Positions 8,630-15,342 of a stretch of DNA of 40,047 nt are shown here, one piece after another. The stretch is from a virus (lineage: Duplodnaviria > Caudoviricetes). Location of the stretch: the IMG/VR virus record IMGVR_UViG_3300032334_000177, positions 1 through 40,047 of that record, one strand, 5' to 3'. Made by a program: the position numbers and the translations under genes. Numbering within the stretch: the stretch's first letter is position 1; every line of letters starts with the position of its first letter. The notes under the pieces are model-generated. The model searched no databases, was not told where the DNA came from, and worked only from the letters and a program-made list of their open reading frames with translations.

Positions 8630-8888
8630 TCACCCTAAGTACGCTTAACGCCGCTTCCGGCCCATCAACCCTTGACAAAGGCCCACCGTACCAATTCTCA
8701 AAAAACTTGTCTTGTAGCGCCGTTAAACGCTTCCCAGGGCCATCCTTGACTTCCATCAAGACAGTGTGGCCTTTATAGCCGACCAGTAAGTCCACCGGCA
8801 GGCCAATAATCCAAACGTAAGCGCCTGCTGCCCGTAATGCGCTTATCACCTGGTCTTGATTTGCGTCAACCCTTGCTGCCCTACGCAC
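8610..8888 (-). CDS. VRR-NUC-like/restriction-fold nuclease
   Basis: RAARVDANQ, PVDLLVGY, MEVKDG, LTALQ; GGAG precedes the GTG start. Confidence 0.7.
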   Translation of the reverse strand: MRRAARVDANQDQVISALRAAGAYVWIIGLPVDLLVGYKGHTVLMEVKDGPGKRLTALQDKFFENWYGGPLSRVDGPEAALSVLRVIDARPD

Positions 8889-9600
8889 TTAAGATTCTCC
8901 AAGCAGTTGCGGCGCAGAGTGGGACTTGTCCATTTCCGATGGCTTTAAGTCTGTCCACCCTAGCGGCCACCCCATCAGCCACTCTACCCACGTTGGGTTC
9001 GGTGTTCCACCAAGACAATCTGCCAAATTGTGATTTTCCCCATGCCTTGCTCGGAATCCAGTTCCACTCATTCCTTTGTAATCCCTGGTTGTTGGCGTTA
9101 CATATTGCTTTAATCCATATTCTTTCTCTTTGATGTGGTGCGCCAACGTAATTTGCTCCCAGCACTCCCCATCTTGCATCAAACCCCATCGAGGCCAAAT
9201 CTCCGAGAACTCGTCCAAGTCCCCTAGAAGTGAGCATTGGTGAGTTTTCCACGAACACGAATTGGGGTCGTACTTCGTAAATGATGCGCGCCATTTCTCG
9301 CCACATCCCGCTGCGCTCTCCATCAATTCCTGCTCCCTTTCCTGCAATAGAGATGTCCTGACAGGGAAACCCGCCCGATACAACGTCAACAATTCCTCGC
9401 CACGGCTTTCCGTCAAAGGTTTGTACGTCATCCCAAATCGGGAAAGGCGGGAGAAGGCCGTCATTTTGTCGGGCGCACAATACGCTTGCTGGGTATGGTT
9501 CCCACTCAACTGCACAGACTGTTCGCCATCCAAGGAGATGTCCCCCAAGTATTCCTCCACCAGCGCCTGCGAATAAAGCCAACTCATTTAACTGCTCCAT
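8881..9600 (-). CDS. DNA (cytosine-5) methyltransferase, catalytic (alpha) polypeptide
   Basis: Motif I LFAGAGG, IV GGFPCQDIS, VI VENSP, VIII QRERIW, X LKAIGNGQVP; only a short segment between VIII and X and no clear motif IX. Confidence 0.9.
   Translation of the reverse strand: MEQLNELALFAGAGGGILGGHLLGWRTVCAVEWEPYPASVLCARQNDGLLPPFPIWDDVQTFDGKPWRGIVDVVSGGFPCQDISIAGKGAGIDGERSGMWREMARIIYEVRPQFVFVENSPMLTSRGLGRVLGDLASMGFDARWGVLGANYVGAPHQRERIWIKAICNANNQGLQRNEWNWIPSKAWGKSQFGRLSWWNTEPNVGRVADGVAARVDRLKAIGNGQVPLCAATAWRILSA
8889..9587 (-). CDS. Alternative-frame ORF nested in the MTase gene; putative beta polypeptide carrying motif IX
   Basis: 232 aa with no stop; GGAG 7 nt before ATG; ATGA coupling to the upstream gene; stop abuts the next start; C-terminal NPTWVEWLMGWP resembles motif IX. 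Confidence 0.72.
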   Translation of the reverse strand: MSWLYSQALVEEYLGDISLDGEQSVQLSGNHTQQAYCAPDKMTAFSRLSRFGMTYKPLTESRGEELLTLYRAGFPVRTSLLQEREQELMESAAGCGEKWRASFTKYDPNSCSWKTHQCSLLGDLDEFSEIWPRWGLMQDGECWEQITLAHHIKEKEYGLKQYVTPTTRDYKGMSGTGFRARHGENHNLADCLGGTPNPTWVEWLMGWPLGWTDLKPSEMDKSHSAPQLLGES

Positions 9601-9781
9601 TTTTCATTTGCTCCACAATGTAATCTTTAATGCCCTTGTACAAGTCCTGTTCATCCAGTTCCTTGACCCGCTGCCATGCGTAGTCTTTTACTCCAGGCAT
9701 CCGGCAAAGGGTAAGGTAATGGGCAAACATCTTGGCTCGGGCCTCATCCTGCTGCCAAGGCATCGCGGGCCATCTGCACAA
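9584..9781 (-). CDS. Small hypothetical protein (start uncertain)
   Basis: ORF track; fits the operon. Confidence 0.55.
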   Translation of the reverse strand: MCRWPAMPWQQDEARAKMFAHYLTLCRMPGVKDYAWQRVKELDEQDLYKGIKDYIVEQMKNGAVK

Positions 9782-10187
9782 CGGCTACCGGCTTTTTACG
9801 TCCAGCAGCATATTCGTCCAAGATTCTTTTCGCCCAAGCTTTCGGGTCAACCCCTGGCCCCATCCGCAAAGGCGCAAGTTTTGCCAACTCCTGCTTTACG
9901 CGATCGGGGTTTGCCGGTGGCTCGGGCAAGGCCAAAGGTTTGACAACCGGCGCTTGCATACACAAATTCTTAAACTGGACAAGGTTTGGTGGGCGCTCGG
10001 GCAAGTGATCCAAAGCATAGGAAATCGACATCATGGCTTCTTTGGACTTCATAAACCCAGCCAGTTCGTGCATCCAAAATGACTTAATTTCGTTCAGCGG
10101 GGCGCTTCCCAAAGAGTTGTCCCATGCGTTACCGTATGTCATGCTCAATCGTTCAAAGAGTCGATCAATGGGTTGTGTCATCTTCAA
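9744..10187 (-). CDS. Hypothetical replication-associated protein (lambda P position)
   Basis: Directly after the initiator; LFERL...YG..W and PPNL.QF..LC resemble phage loader-like proteins. Confidence 0.55.
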   Translation of the reverse strand: MKMTQPIDRLFERLSMTYGNAWDNSLGSAPLNEIKSFWMHELAGFMKSKEAMMSISYALDHLPERPPNLVQFKNLCMQAPVVKPLALPEPPANPDRVKQELAKLAPLRMGPGVDPKAWAKRILDEYAAGRKKPVAVVQMARDALAAG

Positions 10188-10911
10188 TCTCCATAAAGTT
10201 GTAAGACTTGATTTCGGCTTGTGGCGTTCTGCCTGTCATGGCCTCCCAGCGTTCTCGCTTAAAATCGTATTCCTTCTCGGCAAACGACTTTTGCCCTGCG
10301 TCTTTGTCTTTCAGCCAATCAGCCTTGAATCCTGTCCAACCCCTTGCACAACAGGTTTCCAAGGCGGTTTGTAGGTTTATGCCCGCTTTACCGGCTTCCT
10401 TGATGATGCCGTTCAAAGCGGTTTGGGTTACGGCGGCTTTCTTGGCCTTGCGTAAAGTTAACCAATCCTGCCAAACAATGTCCGTCACACCGTCAGGTGG
10501 GGCGACTGTATTATTCTTTGGTTTATGGTTATTGGTTATTGGTTCTTGGTTAATGGTTGCTATTGGGGTAGCAGTAGGGAGGGGAATGGGGGGGCTATCT
10601 GGAGGGGATTGCCAGCGCTTTGCGGCACCACGCTTTCCAGCGTCCACCATCTCTCTGTACTTGGCTATTTCAGCGTCTGCCCGCAGGCTAACAAAACCAT
10701 TTTCTGTGCTTACAAAAAATTCGTCCAAAACGCTAAGAACCTCTTGTTCGTATTCCCGCAAACCAATCTGCCTGGCAATGTCGCGTTGCCGAATTGGAGT
10801 TTCGTGTAGATAGTAATGATCCAAAAGCCGCCGGTAGGCTATGTCCTCAATCGCATTTAAATGATGCGTGTGGCTCTTGTAGTCACCAATATGAAATTGG
10901 TAGTAATGCAT
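10165..10911 (-). CDS. YdaU/DUF1376-family replication initiator
   Basis: MHYYQFHIGDY...T.HL...E...YRRLLD.YY N-terminus, GKRGAAKRW linker and C-terminal W.GF..DW domain. Confidence 0.85.
   Translation of the reverse strand: MHYYQFHIGDYKSHTHHLNAIEDIAYRRLLDHYYLHETPIRQRDIARQIGLREYEQEVLSVLDEFFVSTENGFVSLRADAEIAKYREMVDAGKRGAAKRWQSPPDSPPIPLPTATPIATINQEPITNNHKPKNNTVAPPDGVTDIVWQDWLTLRKAKKAAVTQTALNGIIKEAGKAGINLQTALETCCARGWTGFKADWLKDKDAGQKSFAEKEYDFKRERWEAMTGRTPQAEIKSYNFMEIEDDTTH
10519..10560. repeat. Six tandem 7-mers TGGTTNN; iteron/origin candidate inside the initiator gene
   Basis: tggttta tggttat tggttat tggttct tggttaa tggttgc; the period of 7 is not codon-based. Confidence 0.6.
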
Positions 10912-10920
10912 AAAAAGTCC

Positions 10921-11026
10921 AAAAAAAAGACTTAGGCGGAACTCTCAGCTTTTTAGGCTGTTGGCGGACTGGGCAATACCAGCAGAGTTCCATCTAAGTC
11001 TTATTGCAATTCCCCGCCAAGGGATG
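10921..11026 (-). promoter_or_regulatory. Structured leader/attenuator of the replication gene
   Basis: 19-bp stem (10984-11002 with 10927-10945) ending in a U run just before the ATG; TTGCAA-18-TAAGAT promoter-like site at 11061-11032. Confidence 0.6.
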
Positions 11027-11087
11027 CCGAAATCTTACACCATCTTTTTGCATTCTTGCAAATTTAACATCAAACTTTAAAATTACA

Positions 11088-11162
11088 TGGTTGCGGAGGC
11101 CGGAGTCGCACCGGCTATCTCTTGATTATGAGCCAAGCGGGTTACTGTTTCCCCACTCCGCA
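11088..11162 (-). tRNA. tRNA with CAT anticodon (Met-type), encoded CCA
   Basis: Acceptor TGCGGAG/CTCCGCA-A-CCA; anticodon arm CTTGG-CTCATAA-TCAAG; T arm GCCGG-TGCGACT-CCGGC. Confidence 0.85.
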
Positions 11163-11167
11163 ATATA

Positions 11168-11255
11168 TGTTGGTGGCTGTTCACATAAAGCAGTGTTGCT
11201 GATTTTCTGCGGAACTTCAAAACGGCGGCGCTAACCCGCCGGACAACCACCAACA
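11168..11255 (-). ncRNA. Candidate structured ncRNA (element B)
   Basis: Closing stem TGTTGGTGGTTGTCC/GAACAGCCACCAACA with inner hairpin CGGCGGGTTAGCGCCGCCG; non-coding. Confidence 0.55.
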
Positions 11256-11346
11256 AGGCTGGAGACTGCGGGGTTCATCGGGTTTCATGTCCTCCCCCTA
11301 TCTCTGCACAGAAACAGGATATGCAGTCCTGCCAATCTCCAGCCTT
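11255..11346 (-). ncRNA. Candidate structured ncRNA (element A)
   Basis: 14-bp closing stem AAGGCTGGAGATTG/CAGTCTCCAGCCTT enclosing about 64 nt. Confidence 0.5.
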
Positions 11347-11363
11347 CTTGACGTTTCCTTACT

Positions 11364-11546
11364 CTATACCACTTTCTGTGCTTCTGCAATCTGTTTTTTG
11401 AACCGAAACGCCAGCACTTGTTCCCAAGCTTTTGGCACTTTGCCACGCTGCCTCCAGTTGCTGATTACATTTTGCTTGATGTCCAAAATGTAGGCCAACC
11501 TACCTGTGCCACCAGCCGCTTTAATTGCAATTTCTAAAATGTCCAT
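11364..11546 (-). CDS. Cro/YdaS-like HTH regulator
   Basis: AIKAAGG...LA..LDI.Q..ISNW..RG.VP; first gene of the leftward operon. Confidence 0.85.
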   Translation of the reverse strand: MDILEIAIKAAGGTGRLAYILDIKQNVISNWRQRGKVPKAWEQVLAFRFKKQIAEAQKVV

Positions 11547-11549
11547 GCC

Positions 11550-11635
11550 TAATTATATCACATTTGTGAACCTGTATATTAGGGAAAACACCTATAAAAA
11601 AGATGTTGCTTACTTCACATTTGTGATATGATAGC
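11550..11635. promoter_or_regulatory. Divergent extended -10 promoters, each overlapped by operator TCACATTTGTGA
   Basis: Minus strand TGaTATAAT (11560-11552); plus strand TGaTATGAT (11624-11632); identical dyad at 11558-11569 and 11615-11626. Confidence 0.75.
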
Positions 11636-11677
11636 TCCATGCTCTGAACGGTTCGGAGTCTTTTTAGGAGAAAGTAA

Positions 11678-11911
11678 ATGCGAGAAATATCTGCCCTCAC
11701 CGCTGAATTCAAAGAAGCGGTAATCCGAGGATACATCCCCCCAGTCGAAATGTGCCGCTTGCTTTATGAGATCAACGCAAGTCTCATGAACCATTGGCCC
11801 GAAATCTTTGACGGCATCCCGTTTAGCTTGGATGACATTGGAGATGAAGTTCACAACGCAATTACCAACTTTGGAACACCAGAGTCTGAATTTCCAGAGG
11901 ATACAAAATGA
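11678..11911 (+). CDS. Hypothetical protein
   Basis: AGGAG RBS; ATGA overlap with erf. Confidence 0.75.
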   Translation: MREISALTAEFKEAVIRGYIPPVEMCRLLYEINASLMNHWPEIFDGIPFSLDDIGDEVHNAITNFGTPESEFPEDTK

Positions 11912-12477
11912 AAAACATAGCAACAGCACTTGTTAAAGCACAACGCGCTTTTGGGCCAGCGCTCAAGAGTTCTACCAACCCGCACTTCCGCAGCAAATAC
12001 GCTGATCTATCGGCTTGCGTTGAGGCAGTGATTGAAGGGTTAAACGGGGCTGGCATTGCCCTTATCCAACGCACCAGCATGGACGATACAGGCGTAACTG
12101 TGGAAACAGTTTTTGTCCACGAATCAGGCGAGATGATGGAGTGCGGCAAATTGCACGTTCCCGCTGCCAAACAAGACCCGCAGGGTTATGGCTCGGCGCT
12201 GACGTATGCACGGCGCTATTCCCTGATGGCGGCTTGTGGCATCGCCCCAGAAGATGACGATGGCAATGCAGCAACCAAACGTCCAGCGCAGCCAGCATCA
12301 GAACCAAACGTAAACGCCATTGAAGAATTGCTAATAAAAATGGCAGCTTGCGCCACTATTGACGAACTGAAAATTGCCTATAACGGTGCATATGCTTGTT
12401 GTGATGGCAACCAGATATATCAAGCCAAAGTGATTGCAGTCAAAAACAAACGTTTTAGGGAACTTAAAAATGATTGA
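11908..12477 (+). CDS. erf: ERF-family single-strand annealing protein
   Basis: NPHFRSKYADL and DPQGYGSALTYARRYSL...GIAPEDDDGN signature. Confidence 0.92.
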   Translation: MKNIATALVKAQRAFGPALKSSTNPHFRSKYADLSACVEAVIEGLNGAGIALIQRTSMDDTGVTVETVFVHESGEMMECGKLHVPAAKQDPQGYGSALTYARRYSLMAACGIAPEDDDGNAATKRPAQPASEPNVNAIEELLIKMAACATIDELKIAYNGAYACCDGNQIYQAKVIAVKNKRFRELKND

Positions 12478-13093
12478 ACAAGGCACACCCGAATGGTTTG
12501 CTCAACGCCTTGGCAAAGTTACCGCATCACGGGTTGCGGACGTAATCGCTAAGACTAAAACGGGTTACTCGGCCAGCCGTGATAACTACATGGCGCAATT
12601 GGTGTGTGAGCGCCTAACAAACACCGTAGCGGAATCGTTTACCAATTCTGCTATGCAATGGGGTACAGACACCGAACCGTTTGCCAGGGCAGCGTATGAG
12701 GCCCAAACCGGCGTGATGGTGGATGAAGTAGCAATGCTGCCCCACCCTACAATTGAAATGGCTGGCGCCTCTCCTGATGGACTTGTAGGGGACGATGGAC
12801 AAATCGAAATTAAATGCCCAAATACGTCAACCATGATTGAAACTTTGCTAACGCAAAAAGTACCACAAAAGTACATTACGCAGATGCAATGGCAAATGGC
12901 CTGTACTGGCCGCGCTTGGTGCGACTTTGTATCGTTTGATCCTAGAATGCCTACATATCTACAGATGTGGGTTTGCAGGGTAAATCGTGATGATGTGTAC
13001 ATTAAACTTTTAGAGGATGAAGTGGTTACCTTCCTCGCAGAAGTCCAAAGCAAAGTAACCCATCTTCAAGGAATGAATCATGGCAGTAACTAA
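12470..13093 (+). CDS. YqaJ/lambda-type exonuclease
   Basis: QGTPEWFAQRLGKVTAS, MQWG...EP.AR..YE, GASPDG, IEIKCP, Y..QMQWQM; start at ATG 12470. Confidence 0.92.
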   Translation: MIEQGTPEWFAQRLGKVTASRVADVIAKTKTGYSASRDNYMAQLVCERLTNTVAESFTNSAMQWGTDTEPFARAAYEAQTGVMVDEVAMLPHPTIEMAGASPDGLVGDDGQIEIKCPNTSTMIETLLTQKVPQKYITQMQWQMACTGRAWCDFVSFDPRMPTYLQMWVCRVNRDDVYIKLLEDEVVTFLAEVQSKVTHLQGMNHGSN

Positions 13094-13307
13094 AGAAATC
13101 TCTTGCATTGTTGGGACATACACCAACAAAGACGGCGCACAAAAGAATCGCTATCAGCGTATCGGAAGCATCATCACTACAAAGAACGGTGAAATGCTCA
13201 AGCTGGACGTTATTCCATTAATGGAAGGCGGCTGGAATGGTTGGGCGTATATCAACGATCCAAAGCCAAAAGACGGCTTTCCAAAAGATGATGCCGTACC
13301 CTTTTAA
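13080..13307 (+). CDS. Small SSB-like hypothetical protein
   Basis: Beta-rich; ends DDAVPF like SSB tails; lies in the recombination module. Confidence 0.5.
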   Translation: MAVTKEISCIVGTYTNKDGAQKNRYQRIGSIITTKNGEMLKLDVIPLMEGGWNGWAYINDPKPKDGFPKDDAVPF

Positions 13308-13316
13308 GGAGCAGCC

Positions 13317-13622
13317 ATGACTACTTACGCAATGACAGAAATCGAGATAATTCGGTGGGCGGAAGCCCGCAGGATTATCCCTAACTCAACGGCTGGCACT
13401 CAATTACTCAAAGCAATGAGTGAAATGGGAGAACTTGCCGATGCCACCATCAAAGATAACCGCGAGGACATTGTTGATTCGGTGGGCGATGTGATGGTTT
13501 GCCTAATCATTTACTGCGCCTTGCAAGACATTAACTTAGTTGACTGCATGGAAGTTGCCTACGATTCAATCAAAAACCGCAAAGGGATACTCCGCGAAAA
13601 CGGCGTGTTTGTCAAAGCATGA
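13317..13622 (+). CDS. MazG-like nucleotide pyrophosphohydrolase
   Basis: KAMSEMGELAD...DSVGDVMV.L...AY..IK.RKG. Confidence 0.85.
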   Translation: MTTYAMTEIEIIRWAEARRIIPNSTAGTQLLKAMSEMGELADATIKDNREDIVDSVGDVMVCLIIYCALQDINLVDCMEVAYDSIKNRKGILRENGVFVKA

Positions 13623-13810
13623 AATTCCTAAAGCACTTTAAAGATTTCTGGCGTGATATGACACCACGCGAAGTCATTACCCGCGAGTTAGCCCAGGCGC
13701 ACTTAGACAGGCTTGAGGCTGAAGGCGCAGTGGAATATGCTACCGCCGTAATGGATTACAACGAAAAACGCATTGCTCGATTGAATGAGCGCATGAAGGA
13801 ATACAAATGA
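13619..13810 (+). CDS. Hypothetical protein
   Basis: ATGA-coupled ORF. Confidence 0.7.
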   Translation: MKFLKHFKDFWRDMTPREVITRELAQAHLDRLEAEGAVEYATAVMDYNEKRIARLNERMKEYK

Positions 13811-14037
13811 AAGAAGATACGACACAAGTTGATGCTACTTGGCTTGAAAAAACAGGCGGCTATGCAAAGGATATGACATTGTTAGATCACTTTGCTGGAC
13901 AAATTATTGTTGCTTTAATTAATTGTCCTTATTGGCGAAAACAGATAGATGAAGATAAAGTAAAAAATCCAGCAGAATTTACTGCAATTGCCGCTTGGCA
14001 TATGGCAGACGCAATGATCAAGGAGCGCAGCAAATGA
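13807..14037 (+). CDS. Hypothetical phage protein (MTL.D.FA...A...ADAM..ER type)
   Basis: ATGA-coupled; common small phage family pattern. Confidence 0.7.
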   Translation: MKEDTTQVDATWLEKTGGYAKDMTLLDHFAGQIIVALINCPYWRKQIDEDKVKNPAEFTAIAAWHMADAMIKERSK

Positions 14038-14201
14038 ACGAAGCAGACAAAAAATACATGGAGTCCAAGCGAAAGGATTGGGAGTTTGATGAGCCCGAGC
14101 CCAGCGACTACGCGCAGTTTGTGCAACAAGTCAAAGGTTTGATCGTGTGGTTGATTGTTTTGGTGGGGACATTTATGCTTGTAGCAAAGGTGCTGAAATG
14201 A
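14034..14201 (+). CDS. Small membrane protein
   Basis: ATG 14034 overlaps the previous stop; C-terminal hydrophobic helix. Confidence 0.65.
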   Translation: MNEADKKYMESKRKDWEFDEPEPSDYAQFVQQVKGLIVWLIVLVGTFMLVAKVLK

Positions 14202-14281
14202 CAGGCTATCAATCTTATTGTGTGTACTGCAAGCGTCCTGTGTACACCATACTAACTAGATGTAGGAGTTGCGGAAAATGA
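14198..14281 (+). CDS. 27-aa zinc-ribbon microprotein MTGYQSYCVYCKRPVYTILTRCRSCGK
   Basis: Read by eye; ATGA overlaps at both ends; two CxxC motifs. Confidence 0.6.
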   Translation: MTGYQSYCVYCKRPVYTILTRCRSCGK

Positions 14282-14532
14282 CAGGCTACGAATCAAAACG
14301 CGCAGCAGCGCAAGACAAGTTGGTTGATGATCGGCGGGCTTACTACGAAAAGTTTGACGACTTGTATGCTGTTTATCTCAATGGTGTTTACGATGGCAAA
14401 AAAGCAGCACAGCGCCCTTGGGTTGGGCTGACGGATGATGAAGTTTACAAAATAGCGTTTGCTTTAGAAGGCGAGCATTGGAGAAAAATTACCGACGCAA
14501 TTGAAGCCATGTTGAAGGATAAGAACACATGA
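14278..14532 (+). CDS. Hypothetical protein (RPWVGLTDDE motif)
   Basis: ATG 14278; coupled ORF. Confidence 0.7.
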   Translation: MTGYESKRAAAQDKLVDDRRAYYEKFDDLYAVYLNGVYDGKKAAQRPWVGLTDDEVYKIAFALEGEHWRKITDAIEAMLKDKNT

Positions 14533-14729
14533 GTTTTACACTAAAAATTGAATCAGATTCAGCCCGCAAGACGTTAAACATAGTTACCCCTTGGAAACAG
14601 CGCCCAAGGGTTGAAAATGAGGCTTTAAGCAACGCTATTAACATTTGGAACCAACCCGTATACCAACCACCAAAAAATGAATTTGTGCGGCCTGGTGCGC
14701 TTGACTTTAAGAAAGTAAAAAGTAAATGA
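14529..14729 (+). CDS. Hypothetical protein
   Basis: ATGA-coupled ORF. Confidence 0.65.
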   Translation: MSFTLKIESDSARKTLNIVTPWKQRPRVENEALSNAINIWNQPVYQPPKNEFVRPGALDFKKVKSK

Positions 14730-14977
14730 GGCACAGTAGACATTCCGATATCAGGAAGGCTTTACGAGAACACCCCGATGGACTAACCCGCAAACAATTG
14801 CAGTTTTACACCAAACTTACGCCAGATTGCATAAAACAAGCCCTTCCCAAAATGCCTGATGTGTACATAGATCGCTGGGAAAAACAACGTTATGGCAGGG
14901 ACTGGATACCTGTTTTTATAGCAATTACTGTGCCTGAAAATTGCCCCAAACCTGACATAAATCTTCTAAAAAACTAG
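14726..14977 (+). CDS. Hypothetical protein, possible winged HTH
   Basis: IRKALREHPDGLT...L pattern; last coupled gene of the operon. Confidence 0.6.
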   Translation: MRHSRHSDIRKALREHPDGLTRKQLQFYTKLTPDCIKQALPKMPDVYIDRWEKQRYGRDWIPVFIAITVPENCPKPDINLLKN

Positions 14978-15027
14978 GTAATATGTGGTTGCAGCAATGT
15001 GCTGCGCTACATTTTTAGGGGAAATTT

Positions 15028-15327
15028 ATGGACTTTACGCTTGAAATTAATTTGGGTTTTGGTGATGTTGTTAAATACAACACTTGCGATTTTTGGAAGG
15101 TAGTTGCTTTGGCTTCTTTTGTTGAGAACATGGAAGACGCAGACGATGACTTTGATTTTATTGACGACGAAGAAGAAGACGAAGAATACGAGTACGACGA
15201 AGAAGGTACGGCGTATTGGTACGATGAGGAAAATGAAGTGTATTACTGGTACGACGAGGAATCTGACGATTGGTACGAGTGTGACGTAACAGAATGCGAA
15301 GACGAAGACGACGAAATTGCAGAGTAA
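15028..15327 (+). CDS. Extremely acidic protein with YWYDEE repeats
   Basis: AGGGG RBS; D/E-dominated C-terminal two-thirds. Confidence 0.75.
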   Translation: MDFTLEINLGFGDVVKYNTCDFWKVVALASFVENMEDADDDFDFIDDEEEDEEYEYDEEGTAYWYDEENEVYYWYDEESDDWYECDVTECEDEDDEIAE

Positions 15328-15342
15328 GCATATAGTGGGCGG

